From contig CAWAPO010000005.1 in NCBI GenBank assembly GCA_963783985.1, positions 225,306 through 289,305 of the forward strand: a DNA stretch of 64,000 bases. The letters run 5' to 3'. The DNA comes from an uncultured Chloroflexia bacterium (lineage in GTDB: Bacteria; Chloroflexota; Anaerolineae; Promineifilales; Promineifilaceae). The number at the start of each line of letters is the position of its first letter. Within the stretch, counting starts at the first letter, position 1. Under the pieces are notes generated by a model, which did no database searches, was not told the DNA's origin, and saw only the letters and a list, made by a program, of their open reading frames with translations. The position numbers were made by a program, and so were the translations under genes. This document shows positions 17,745 through 27,367 of the stretch, piece by piece.

Positions 17745-18647
17745 ATGAAGATCAACCGCGGCATATTGTATGGCATCGGCGCCTACACCTTGTGGGGACT
17801 GCTGCCCATATACTGGAAATCTCTGCAGGCAGTTCCTGCCCCGGAAATACTGGCCAACCGCATGGTCTGGTCACTTGTGTTTGTGCTCGTCCTGCTGGCG
17901 ATTAAGCGCCATTGGCGTTGGCTGCGCCCTGCCCTACACAACCGCCGAGTTCTGGCAACGTACTTCGCCTCGGCAAGTCTATTGGCGGTCAACTGGCTCA
18001 CCTATATCTGGGCCGTCAACGCTGGATATATCATAGAGACAAGCCTCGGCTACTTCATTAACCCGTTGCTCAATGTGCTGCTGGGGGTGCTCTTTCTCGG
18101 CGAACGTTTGCGCATGGGGCAGTTCCTAGCCCTGAGCCTCGCCGCAGGGGGCGTAGCCTATCTAACAATCAGCTATGGCGCCTTCCCCTGGATCGCCGTG
18201 ACTTTGGCCCTCACCTTTGGCTTTTATGGCCTGCTGCGCAAGACGGGATCGTTGGACAGCACCGAAGGATTAGCGCTGGAAACGGCCATCTTCTTCATCC
18301 CCGCCTTTGCATTCTTGCTCTTTCTCGGCCTGGACGGCAGCGGCTCGTTTGCTAACAGTGATCTACGTACTACCCTGCTCTTGGCGGGAACCGGCGTTGT
18401 TACGGGCGTTCCCCTTATTCTGTTTGGGGCAGCGGCCAAACGCATAACCATGACCAATCTGGGATTGCTGCAGTATATCGCCCCCACCTTGCAGTTTCTA
18501 TTGGGCGTTTTTGTTTACCAAGAAACCTTTGCCCGGGACCAGATGATTGGTTTTGGTTTCATCTGGCTGGCGCTTGTCATCTATTCGCTGGAAGGTTGGC
18601 GGCACAGCGCCGCAGCAATTCCAGAGACGGCCGTGGCCGTTGATTAG
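17745..18647 (+). CDS. rarD: EamA/RarD-family transporter
   Basis: N-terminus MKINRGILYGIGAYTLWGLLPIYWKSL, 10 TM helices, typical of RarD. Confidence 0.85.
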   Translation: MKINRGILYGIGAYTLWGLLPIYWKSLQAVPAPEILANRMVWSLVFVLVLLAIKRHWRWLRPALHNRRVLATYFASASLLAVNWLTYIWAVNAGYIIETSLGYFINPLLNVLLGVLFLGERLRMGQFLALSLAAGGVAYLTISYGAFPWIAVTLALTFGFYGLLRKTGSLDSTEGLALETAIFFIPAFAFLLFLGLDGSGSFANSDLRTTLLLAGTGVVTGVPLILFGAAAKRITMTNLGLLQYIAPTLQFLLGVFVYQETFARDQMIGFGFIWLALVIYSLEGWRHSAAAIPETAVAVD

Positions 18648-18707
18648 GCCACAGCGGGCATCAGGTCTATGCGCAAGAAATGGGACAATTAGACGAACTC
18701 GGGGATC

Positions 18708-19697
18708 ATGATGACGCTGACTGTTCATTTGATGTATGAGTACACGCCGGACGTAGTCAACTATCTGCGAACGCAGCTGGCACAGAATATCCAGCTGACA
18801 GTGGGTGAGGGCGAAGAAGCGGAGAGCGACTGCCACATTCTGGTCGGCGGACGCCCCACCCCAGAACTGATAGCGGCGAAGAAGAATCTGCGCGCGCTAA
18901 TCGTGCCCTGGACAGGCATCCCGCCGCTGACACGCAGGCTGATGCTGGATTTCCCGCATATCTCGCTGCACAATATTCACCACAACAGCATTCCCGTGGC
19001 CGAGATGACTCTGTCGCTGCTGCTTGCGGCGGCCAAGAATGTCATTCCCTATGATGAGGCGCTGCGCCGGGGTGATTGGTCTATGCGCTACCAACCCCCT
19101 ACTCAGTCGATGCTGCTTTTTGACAAGCATGTGCTAATTCTGGGGTACGGGGCGATCGGCCGTTTGGTGGCGCAAATGTGCCAATCTTTTGGCATGCACA
19201 TAATGGCCGTTCGCAGGAATATCGCAGCGAGGGAGAGAGACGGTTTCGCGGACGAGATGCATCCTGCGGACCAGTTACAACGCCTCTTGCCCCGTGCTCA
19301 GGCCGTCATCGTCACCCTGCCCTTGACGCCGCATACGGAGGGCCTCATCGGCGCGTATGAGCTCTCTCTCCTACCAGTGGGCAGCATCCTCGTCAATATC
19401 GGCCGTGCGGCCGTGGTCGACGAAGCAGCGCTCTATGAAGCGCTAAAGAGCCGCCGGCTCGGCGCTGCCGGGCTGGACGTCTGGTATAACTATCCAGAGG
19501 ATGAGGAAAGCCGAACAAATACACTCCCGGCCACGTTCCCTTTTTGGGAACTCGACAATGTGGTACTGAGCCCCCACCGCGCCGGCCATGCCGCCGAGAC
19601 AGATACCTATCGGATGGACCAGCTGGCGGTCCTGCTAAACGCTGCGGCCAAGGATGAACAAATTCCAAACAGGGTTGACCCACATGAAGGCTACTAG
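18708..19697 (+). CDS. D-isomer-specific 2-hydroxyacid dehydrogenase family, NAD-binding
   Basis: GYGAIGRLVA, NIGRAAVVDEAAL, GLDVW and SPHRAG motifs. Confidence 0.85.
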   Translation: MMTLTVHLMYEYTPDVVNYLRTQLAQNIQLTVGEGEEAESDCHILVGGRPTPELIAAKKNLRALIVPWTGIPPLTRRLMLDFPHISLHNIHHNSIPVAEMTLSLLLAAAKNVIPYDEALRRGDWSMRYQPPTQSMLLFDKHVLILGYGAIGRLVAQMCQSFGMHIMAVRRNIAARERDGFADEMHPADQLQRLLPRAQAVIVTLPLTPHTEGLIGAYELSLLPVGSILVNIGRAAVVDEAALYEALKSRRLGAAGLDVWYNYPEDEESRTNTLPATFPFWELDNVVLSPHRAGHAAETDTYRMDQLAVLLNAAAKDEQIPNRVDPHEGY

Positions 19698-19782
19698 TAT
19701 TCTATTTGCTCAGTGCGCACGATCACGCTCCCCACTCAGACCTCTCGTGCGACGAATTCTATGGTGATAGGACTGAAAAACA

Positions 19783-22056
19783 ATGACGTTTAGGTATACA
19801 AGCCTATTGTTATTCGCCGTCTTATTGGCAGCCTGCGCTCAGGCAGGCGTTACAGCAACCAGCGAACCACAAGTACCACAAATCCTCATGGAAGACCTGG
19901 TGATTAGGCCGGGAGACTTCCAGGACGCCGGCTCGTCTGGCATGGCTCTCCTGCCGGAAGGGATGATGCCTGATTCCGGGTCATCTGAAGGAGCCTACCT
20001 ATCACAGCCCATTGAAGCACCCCACCCCTTCAATGCCCTTGTACCGCAGTGGATCGTCGAAGGCACAGACGAAACCGAGATCCATCTTGAAGTGCGCTCA
20101 GGCAATAATCCCTCTGAACTAGGAGAATGGATCGCCATAGAGCGCTCCATGGATTGGACCCTGGCGGAAGACAGCGATACCGTTGGCGACATGTTGGTCG
20201 TCCCCGCCCAAGATAAAACGCACAACTTTCTCCAGTACAAGATCCAGATGAAGCGGGATGAAGAAAACAATGCGCCCCTTTTGAGCGAGCTAACCTTCAC
20301 CTTTATCGATTCAACAGAGGGTCCCTCTGCGCAGGAGATGGCCAAGATCCAGGAGGAGATTGACGGTGGCGAATCACCCTCTCTTTCCTTTGGCGATCAA
20401 GCAGATGACGCTTATCCTAAGCCAAGTGTCATCAGTCGCGATGTCTGGTGCATCTATGCTGCCTGTGACTATACGGAGGGACTGGCCTATCATCCGGTCA
20501 CGCACCTCATTCTACACCACACCGTTTCATCGACGGGCGCCGGCGGAGACTCCGCTGATGTAGTGCGCGCGATATGGTACTTCCATACAGCGAGTCGCGG
20601 CTGGAAGGATATTGGCTACAACTATCTGGTGGATACGAACGGCATTCTTTACGAGGGTCATCTCGGCGGCGATGATGTGGTGGGGATTCATGCTGCCGGG
20701 GCCAATACCGGCTCTATGGCCCTGGCCATGATCGGCAGCTATTCGACCAGCGAGCCGCCGGTGCCGATGTTTGAATCGGCCGTTGACCTATTCGCTTGGA
20801 AAGCGGACAAGAATGATATCGATGTGTTTGACGCCAGCAACAGCTTGCCCAACATCGCATGGGGGCTGCCCCATTTGATGGGCCACCGTGATGTATACGG
20901 CACCACCGAGTGTCCTGGCGGCGTGGCTCACGCGCTGATTCCGGCGCTCCGTGAACGGATTGCCGCGGCAATCGGCCTTGAATCGCCGCACATCTATGTG
21001 GATGAGCTAAGCAAGAGCTTTATCAAGAGCATCGCCAACTGGCGCGAAGGACCTTTACAATGCGGACACAACGCACATTCATGGTATGCGTGGTCCACGC
21101 GGGACGGGGCGCAATCGACCAACTGGGCAGAATGGCGCCCTGACATCCCCGAAAGCGGCCTCTATCAGATCGAGGTTTACGCACCCTACTGTAACACGGG
21201 GCAACCGGAGACGAGCGGCGCTCGCTATAAAGTGAATCATTCCGCCGGCGCCAGTGACGTGGTCGTCGACATGAATGAGCGCGTGGGGCTCTGGACCTCC
21301 CTGGGCGAATTCACGCTCGATGCGGGCAGTAATAGCTCGATTTACCTGGATAATCTGACGAACAGCGACTCGGGAAGAGGAGTATGGTTTGATGCGATTC
21401 GCCTGCTTCCACTCGAGCTGCTGCCGGCGGTCGTAACGGAACAACCAACGGACGGGAGTTGGATGCAGAACCGTGAAGCTATCTTTACCTGGCAGATAAG
21501 CAACCCTGAAAAAGCGGAAGCGGTTATTTTGCAGGTCGCCACCGACAGGGCTTTTGAAGACAGGGTAGTCAGTGAAATATGGACGACCCCCGTGCTCGAG
21601 GCAGCCGTTGATCTACAGAAAGACTACGCTGAACTCTATTGGCGCGTCATCGTTACCTCAGCGGCAGGCAATGAGTATCCCTCGAATACCAGCCAGTTCG
21701 GCATTGACTCCGAACCGCCCGTTTCTACTGTCACGGAGCTGCGGTGGCTGCAGCAGTCAGCTGTCTACCAGGTTCTTTGGCAGGGTGAAGACCTGCTCAG
21801 CGGCGTGGAATCGTACAACATCGCCTATCGGATCGCTGGAAACGACGAAGCTACCTGGGAAGAATGGCTGAATGAGACAGTGCAGACAGGCGCCTTATTC
21901 TCACCTCCAGACCCAACCGAGGTCTACGAATTCCGCAGTCAAGCGATCGATAAGCTGGGCAACCAGGAAGGGCCGCGGCCGGATGCCGACATCAGCACGG
22001 ATCAGGCACTGTCACTCCCCTACGCCGCTCTCCTGCCTCTAATCAACAGCGACTGA
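19783..22056 (+). CDS. Large lipoprotein with N-acetylmuramoyl-L-alanine amidase (amidase_2/PGRP) domain plus uncharacterised flanking domains
   Basis: Lipobox LLAAC. Central region HLILHHTVSS...DIGYNYLVDTNGILYEGH...HAAGANTGSMALAMIG...GHRDV...TECPG. Confidence 0.8.
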   Translation: MTFRYTSLLLFAVLLAACAQAGVTATSEPQVPQILMEDLVIRPGDFQDAGSSGMALLPEGMMPDSGSSEGAYLSQPIEAPHPFNALVPQWIVEGTDETEIHLEVRSGNNPSELGEWIAIERSMDWTLAEDSDTVGDMLVVPAQDKTHNFLQYKIQMKRDEENNAPLLSELTFTFIDSTEGPSAQEMAKIQEEIDGGESPSLSFGDQADDAYPKPSVISRDVWCIYAACDYTEGLAYHPVTHLILHHTVSSTGAGGDSADVVRAIWYFHTASRGWKDIGYNYLVDTNGILYEGHLGGDDVVGIHAAGANTGSMALAMIGSYSTSEPPVPMFESAVDLFAWKADKNDIDVFDASNSLPNIAWGLPHLMGHRDVYGTTECPGGVAHALIPALRERIAAAIGLESPHIYVDELSKSFIKSIANWREGPLQCGHNAHSWYAWSTRDGAQSTNWAEWRPDIPESGLYQIEVYAPYCNTGQPETSGARYKVNHSAGASDVVVDMNERVGLWTSLGEFTLDAGSNSSIYLDNLTNSDSGRGVWFDAIRLLPLELLPAVVTEQPTDGSWMQNREAIFTWQISNPEKAEAVILQVATDRAFEDRVVSEIWTTPVLEAAVDLQKDYAELYWRVIVTSAAGNEYPSNTSQFGIDSEPPVSTVTELRWLQQSAVYQVLWQGEDLLSGVESYNIAYRIAGNDEATWEEWLNETVQTGALFSPPDPTEVYEFRSQAIDKLGNQEGPRPDADISTDQALSLPYAALLPLINSD

Positions 22057-22164
22057 CAAAAAATACTCGCATTCAGGCACAGAGTGGTTTACACTGAGTA
22101 GTATGGCGCCTGTAAGTGGGCCGCCGGCAGCATTGTCTAAGAACATAGGATTTAAACACTGCTT

Positions 22165-23349
22165 ATGTCTCGAGCTGAACAAGTTGATGTATTGATCGTT
22201 GGATCGGGGCCAGCCGGCACATCCACGGCGCTGCATCTTGTAAAGAATGAAGCATCATGGGCTGAACGCATCGTCGTGGTAGACAAAGCCGTTCACCCGC
22301 GGCCAAAGCTGTGTGGCGGAGGGGTGACGCACCTTGGGCAAAATCTACTTGCCCGGCTGGGAATACCCTTCGATATACCCAACTTTCCCGTAAAGGAAGC
22401 TCGCTTGATCTACAAAGATCAAAGCTACTCCTTTTTTGGCGATCCCGTCTTCCGCATCACACGCCGCGAAGAGTTCGACCATTGGCTCGTAAAGACGGCC
22501 GAAAAGCTGGGCGTTCATATTCGACAGGGAGAAGCGGTCCTCAATGTGACCCCACAGGAGGATCACGTTGAAGTCGAGACGGATCAAGCGCTTATTCGCG
22601 CCAAAGTCCTCGTAGCCGCGGATGGTTCACGCAGCTACATTCGACGCAAATTAAAGTGGCCCGGCGATTCACACGTTGCCCGGCTGATGGAAGTATTGAC
22701 TCCCGAGGATGCCGCCAGCCAGCAAGAATTTCGTGACGGGGTTGCCATTTTCGATTTCACGCCAATGGATGACGGTCTTCAAGGCTACTATTGGGATTTT
22801 CCAAGTTTCATCGATGGCAAGCCGTACATGAATCGCGGCCTGTTTGACAGCCGGGCGCGCACGGAGCGTCCCAAAGCAGACTTGAAACAGATACTGCAGC
22901 GATCTATGAACGAGCGAGATCGCGATCTCGATGCGTACGAGCTCAAAGGTCACCCAATTCGCTGGTGGAGTCGGGAGAGCCAATTCGCGCTGCCCAGGAT
23001 CCTCCTCGTAGGGGACGCCGCCGGCGCCGATCCACTTGTTGGCGAAGGTATTTCGTTTGCGCTCGGCTATGGTGCGGTTGCTTCAGCGGCAATCGCCGGT
23101 GCGTTTAGCCGCCAGGACTTCAGCTTCGCTGATTACCGTGACCTGCTGCTTGCGGATCCTCTCTTTCAGCAGCTTGATCGGCGCACACGCATGGCGCGCA
23201 TTGCCTATAAGATCAATGCCCCGTGGTTGACGCGCACACTCTGGTTTGCTGTTGACCAAGGCATCCGGCGCACGCGGTGGGCCAACCCGCACTATACGCC
23301 CGCTGAAAAACCAAGTTTCCGCCTGGTAGACTTGCCCCATTCCCGCTGA
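22165..23349 (+). CDS. FAD-dependent oxidoreductase, geranylgeranyl-reductase family
   Basis: DVLIVGSGPAGTSTALHL dinucleotide-binding motif, VAADGSRS, and LVGDAAG. Confidence 0.8.
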   Translation: MSRAEQVDVLIVGSGPAGTSTALHLVKNEASWAERIVVVDKAVHPRPKLCGGGVTHLGQNLLARLGIPFDIPNFPVKEARLIYKDQSYSFFGDPVFRITRREEFDHWLVKTAEKLGVHIRQGEAVLNVTPQEDHVEVETDQALIRAKVLVAADGSRSYIRRKLKWPGDSHVARLMEVLTPEDAASQQEFRDGVAIFDFTPMDDGLQGYYWDFPSFIDGKPYMNRGLFDSRARTERPKADLKQILQRSMNERDRDLDAYELKGHPIRWWSRESQFALPRILLVGDAAGADPLVGEGISFALGYGAVASAAIAGAFSRQDFSFADYRDLLLADPLFQQLDRRTRMARIAYKINAPWLTRTLWFAVDQGIRRTRWANPHYTPAEKPSFRLVDLPHSR

Positions 23350-23425
23350 GGGCCCAAGAGACGCACCATTCAAAGGGTGATTGCCTGCGGCGCGGGACAG
23401 CATATCCGGCCCGCGGCAGGAAAAC

Positions 23426-23451
23426 AAAAAGACCGCGCGGAACGGTCTTTT
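23426..23451. terminator. Short bidirectional terminator hairpin
   Basis: aaaaagaccg / cggtctttt with a 7-nt loop, flanked by an A-run and a T-run. It lies between the oxidoreductase gene and the 3' end of the tRNA. Confidence 0.55.
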
Positions 23452-23458
23452 GATGCTG

Positions 23459-23533
23459 TGGGCGGTACAAGACTCGAACTTGTGACCTCTACGATGTCAA
23501 CGTAGCGCTCTGACCAACTGAGCTAACCGCCCC
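23459..23533 (-). tRNA. tRNA-Val (anticodon GAC)
   Basis: The reverse complement folds as a cloverleaf: acceptor ggggcgg/ccgccc(c), anticodon stem ctacg/cgtag with loop ttGACat, T-loop ttcgagt. Confidence 0.9.
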
Positions 23534-23545
23534 TAGGAAGGACAA

Positions 23546-23573
23546 ATTATAGCAACCTTCGCGTCGACGTCAA
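23546..23573 (-). promoter_or_regulatory. Promoter of tRNA-Val(GAC): TTGACG-16-TATAAT
   Basis: Read on the minus strand: -35 at 23573-23568 and -10 at 23551-23546. The -10 ends 12 nt before the mature 5' end. Confidence 0.55.
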
Positions 23574-23598
23574 CGCAGGCTTGCGATATATTCTTCCT

Positions 23599-23628
23599 TT
23601 GGCATGGATTTCTCATACCTAACATAAT
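23599..23628 (+). promoter_or_regulatory. Candidate promoter of the SPFH pair: TTGGCA-18-CATAAT
   Basis: Hexamers at 23599-23604 and 23623-23628, about 37 nt before the first possible start codon. Confidence 0.4.
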
Positions 23629-23664
23629 TATGATATAGTTGTCTACCATAAGCAGCAAGAAAGA

Positions 23665-24933
23665 TTGCCGCATCAGGTGCTTTCCGTGGCGAAACCCAGA
23701 TCTCAACCCAAGCAACAGTCAAGAAACAGCGCCATCATCCTCGTCTTACTCATCCTCGGCCTCTCCATCGTCGCCGGGCTGCTCTTTCAAGACTCGCGCG
23801 GCGTCAAGTACGGCTGGTTTGTCGGCCTCATGTGGCTGGTCGCGGCCGTTTTTAGCTGCGCCTTTGGCATCATCTATTACGCCCAGTTTGTGCTTCCCCA
23901 CCATAAGGAGGAAAGTTGGCTGGAGGGGATCGCCATGATGCTGCGCGCGGCGACCCAATTCAGCCCGCCGGCATCCCCAATGCAGCGTAGTGGGCAAGAA
24001 TCTGCCGCAGATGCGGAACGGATCAGCCCCAGTTTTCAGACACTGCAGGCGGGAATGGTAAGAAGCAATCAAGCCCTTGCTGTCGGCAAAGGAGATAGGC
24101 TGCTTCGCGCCGTCGGACCAGGCTTCGTGCGCTTGCCGGCCGGTGAAAGGCCAGTCCAAGCGATAGATCTGAGGCGTCATGCCCGCAACACAACAGCGAT
24201 CGCCTACACGCGTGACGGCATCCCGCTGGAGACGAAAGTGCACGTCGTTTTCCAGGTCAAACAATCTGAACAAGACCATCCCGACGACCATTTGGAATAT
24301 CCTTACGACAGGTCCGCAGTGCTGTGGGTGAGCCAGTTGAATACCTTTGACCAGGATGACACAGTCCGCCAGTGGGATGAGCAATTGGTGCCACAGGCGG
24401 TCACGCTCATGGTGAGTGAAATCGCGCAATTTACGCTGGATGAATTGTGGCAAGATCCCGCGATTTTCAAGGGTATTCAGCAGCGCATCCGCCGCCAGCT
24501 GCGCAGCATTTTTGACGAATGGGGCATCAAGGTCGACAGTGTGAAAGTGACGCCGCTGGAACTGCCTGAGGAAATCGCGGCCCAGCGCGTGGCCAGCTGG
24601 CGAGCCCCTTGGCAAAGTCAGATACAGGCCCAGAAAGCGGCGGCCAATGCTGAATCATTGCGGCGGGTCAAGTTGGCCAGAGCGCGCGCGCAGATCGAGA
24701 TCATTGAGAAGGTCATGCAGCAGCTCGCAGAGAAACGAGCGACCGAGGAAGCGAGTTTAGCGGACATTGTTACCATCAGCGCCGTCGATGTCTTGGAAGA
24801 TGCGGCAGCCAAAAGCCCGAACCAGAATCTTCTTCCGAGCCGTGTGTTGGCCAGCATTGCTCAGGAATCCTCGAGCAGGCTGCAGAGCGCGCACGAATAC
24901 CCAGCGAACGAGGATGAAGAAAGTGTCAGCTAG
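23665..24933 (+). CDS. Membrane protein with SPFH/band-7-like domain and C-terminal coiled coil (paralogue A)
   Basis: Two N-terminal TM helices; GPGFVRLPAGERPVQAIDLRRH...TRDGIPLETKVHVVFQV; then the Ala/Arg/Gln-rich helix AQKAAANAESLRRVKLARARAQIEIIEKV. The start is non-ATG (TTG 23665, GTG 23677 or GTG 23686), so the 5' end is uncertain. Confidence 0.7.
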   Translation: MPHQVLSVAKPRSQPKQQSRNSAIILVLLILGLSIVAGLLFQDSRGVKYGWFVGLMWLVAAVFSCAFGIIYYAQFVLPHHKEESWLEGIAMMLRAATQFSPPASPMQRSGQESAADAERISPSFQTLQAGMVRSNQALAVGKGDRLLRAVGPGFVRLPAGERPVQAIDLRRHARNTTAIAYTRDGIPLETKVHVVFQVKQSEQDHPDDHLEYPYDRSAVLWVSQLNTFDQDDTVRQWDEQLVPQAVTLMVSEIAQFTLDELWQDPAIFKGIQQRIRRQLRSIFDEWGIKVDSVKVTPLELPEEIAAQRVASWRAPWQSQIQAQKAAANAESLRRVKLARARAQIEIIEKVMQQLAEKRATEEASLADIVTISAVDVLEDAAAKSPNQNLLPSRVLASIAQESSSRLQSAHEYPANEDEESVS

Positions 24934-26308
24934 CCAGACTGCTGCCTACGAGGACGAAGGTGGCAAACGCCCCCGCCGCCTTCCGTCGAAAAGGACGCTC
25001 TATCTGCTATTCCTGGTGTTCTTATTTGTCCTTTATTGGGTTTTTGCCTGGCAAATGGAGCGGGTTAGCCTGCAGCCGGACGATATGCCTCTGCCCTTTA
25101 TGCAGTCACTTCCGGTTTGGCTGATAAACTTCGGCGGTATCTTTCTGCCGCGTGTCCTGCGCCATTTGATCCCCCTCGTCCTTGCCTGGCTGCTGGCCTA
25201 TGAGATTGCGGCCAATCTTGTCTATCATCTGTACGATCTGCCGGACAGGGCAGAAGCGCGAAGCTTCTTGCGCCGGCTGCGCGATCCACGCCGTGCAGGC
25301 GGGGCCACAGTTGCCCTTTCACCAGAGGATTTGGAATCAAAGCGATCCTTATCGGCGCGGTTACGCGTCGGTGGCCCAGGGCGCATTTCGATCCCAACCG
25401 GGCATGCGGCGGTGACTGAGCTCAACGGCCGTTTTAACCGCGTAATTGGCTCCGGAAGTCATGCGCTGGACCGTTTCGAGTTCGTACATTCGCTGTACGA
25501 CCTTCGCGCACAAGATCGCACAGATGCCGATGTTGTGCTGCGTTCGAAAGAGGGTATCGAGTTCCTCACTTCAGTCAGCGTTACTTTTCGCGTCTTTGCG
25601 CCCGAACTATCGCCGTCTGCCCAGCAGCCCTACCCGTACGACGCGCGAATTGTCCGCAAACTTGCCTATAATCAGGCCAATCTGCCGGGAGATCGTACAA
25701 GCGATTGGGAAAACGCCGCCCTGGCTACGGTCAAAGCCATCCTGGCGGCTACAGTCACCACATTCCCCCTTAACGAGCTGCTGCAGGATGAACGCACGGA
25801 AATCGGCACCCATCTGACCATCCGCCAGAATGTGGAAAGGGAATCACGACTCCGGCTGCGCGAAGTAGGCATCGACCTGATTCGCCTGCGCATTGGTGGC
25901 TTTAGATTCCCGGAAGATGTGACAGAACTGCATATTCAGTACTGGCGAACTTACTGGGACAACCAAGCACGCCTGACCATGGCTGAAGGGGAAGCCATCG
26001 CCTTGGAGGAACTCGATCTGGCGCGTGCTGAAGCTGAAGAAGAGCTGGCCAGAGCTATTGCCGCGGGGATGGAACGGGCACGCCGCCAAGGGTACCAGGG
26101 GAGTCTCAGCGAGATCATTGCTCTCAGCTTTGTTGACACCCTCGAACAGATGGCGGTTAATTCAGCAAGAGAAGCCGTCCTGCCGGATCATTTGCTGCCG
26201 CAGCTGCAAACCCTACAGGAACAGCTGCTGTTGACGGCTGGGGCAAACAGTCCGGTCAACCAAGATGCGCACGATGATGTGTCCGGATACGAAGGGCCAA
26301 ACGACTGA
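24914..26308 (+). CDS. Membrane protein with SPFH/band-7-like domain and C-terminal coiled coil (paralogue B)
   Basis: The ATG at 24914 overlaps the upstream gene by 20 nt. N-terminal TM helices; GSGSHALDRFEFVHSLYDLRAQ...SKEGIEFLTSVSVTFRVF; then the helix MAEGEAIALEELDLARAEAEEELARAI. Confidence 0.7.
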   Translation: MKKVSASQTAAYEDEGGKRPRRLPSKRTLYLLFLVFLFVLYWVFAWQMERVSLQPDDMPLPFMQSLPVWLINFGGIFLPRVLRHLIPLVLAWLLAYEIAANLVYHLYDLPDRAEARSFLRRLRDPRRAGGATVALSPEDLESKRSLSARLRVGGPGRISIPTGHAAVTELNGRFNRVIGSGSHALDRFEFVHSLYDLRAQDRTDADVVLRSKEGIEFLTSVSVTFRVFAPELSPSAQQPYPYDARIVRKLAYNQANLPGDRTSDWENAALATVKAILAATVTTFPLNELLQDERTEIGTHLTIRQNVERESRLRLREVGIDLIRLRIGGFRFPEDVTELHIQYWRTYWDNQARLTMAEGEAIALEELDLARAEAEEELARAIAAGMERARRQGYQGSLSEIIALSFVDTLEQMAVNSAREAVLPDHLLPQLQTLQEQLLLTAGANSPVNQDAHDDVSGYEGPND

Positions 26309-26367
26309 TCCAATTCATACACTTAGCGACAACTGTTTGACTGTCTATTAGCCAAGAGGAAAGCTCT

Positions 26368-27297
26368 ATGGGAAGCCACTTATTGATCATTGGCGGCGCG
26401 CTTCTTGATGCCAAGGGAAAACCGGAATCAGGTCTTGAACCGGGTACGTCGAATCCGGCAAGCATCCGCTTTTCGCGCGGTGGCACGGCTAGGAACGTGG
26501 CCGAGAACCTGGCCCGGTTGGGAGCCGAAGTCATGCTTGTGACAGCGGTCGGCGACGACGCAACTGGCCGGCAGTTATTGGAACAGACCGCCGCGGCGGG
26601 CGTTAATCTGGCGCATTCAATCGTGGCAGAGGATGGCGATACAGGGGCCTATCTTGCTCTACTGGATGAAAACGGCGCGCTATCGGTTGCCCTGGATGAT
26701 GCGCGCGTGATGCAGAATATCACGCCTTCTTATCTGAATCACCGCCGCAGACTGTTTCGCGATGCAAGAATGATCATGATCGACAGCAGCCTGCAACAAT
26801 CATCCATGGCCACGGTCGTGCGTCTGGCAAAACAATACGGTATACCATTGTGCGCCGATCCGACTTCCGCCCGCCTCGCTCATAAGCTGCGCCCCTACTT
26901 GCAAGACCTGTACCTCCTGGTACCCAGCGAAGTGGAGGAAGCTGAACTGCTCAACGTTGATTACTCTGGCTATGATCCAGACACCAGTCTGGCATTGGCC
27001 CGTCGCCTGGTCACGATGGGTGTCAACAAGGTTGCCATAACTTTGTCAGACTTTGGGCTGGACTACGCTACCGGAGATGAAACCGGATACATTCCACCCT
27101 CCTACAGCAAGCATGTCGATTCAACCGGAACCGGGGACGCGGCAACGGCCGCGATCATGTTTGGAATGATCAATGATCTACCCACCTCGGAGTGTATGCG
27201 TTTGGGCGCGACAGCGGCGAATCTGACCTTGCAATGTGCGGAAACCGTCGTGCCGGATCTCAGCCTGGACATGCTCTACGATCATCTAATTGTCTAG
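26368..27297 (+). CDS. PfkB-family carbohydrate/nucleoside kinase
   Basis: GGTARNVAENLARLG and DSTGTGDAATAA motifs. Confidence 0.85.
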   Translation: MGSHLLIIGGALLDAKGKPESGLEPGTSNPASIRFSRGGTARNVAENLARLGAEVMLVTAVGDDATGRQLLEQTAAAGVNLAHSIVAEDGDTGAYLALLDENGALSVALDDARVMQNITPSYLNHRRRLFRDARMIMIDSSLQQSSMATVVRLAKQYGIPLCADPTSARLAHKLRPYLQDLYLLVPSEVEEAELLNVDYSGYDPDTSLALARRLVTMGVNKVAITLSDFGLDYATGDETGYIPPSYSKHVDSTGTGDAATAAIMFGMINDLPTSECMRLGATAANLTLQCAETVVPDLSLDMLYDHLIV

Positions 27298-27367
27298 AAC
27301 TTGACTTGATAAATTACACCAGGATGCGCTCAAGTAACAGCCTGGTCAGGGGAGCTGAACTCACCTC

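Noticed and set aside
23350-23664. tRNA-Val(GAC) as a possible genomic-island integration site
   Set aside because: There is no integrase on either side, and I noticed no duplicated tRNA 3' end. The flanking genes are ordinary metabolic or membrane genes, and the tRNA has its own clean promoter and terminator.
23746-24615. 289-aa minus-strand ORF antisense to SPFH paralogue A
   Set aside because: Arg/Ala/His-rich low-complexity translation with no motifs, fully embedded in a better-supported gene. The same reasoning rejects 58289-59281 (+, antisense to the ABC ATPase), 54197-54871 and 54435-54986 (inside recA), 60053-60724 (inside the GT4 gene), 61168-61668 and 61831-62496 (inside ade), 15796-16443, and 13205-13717.
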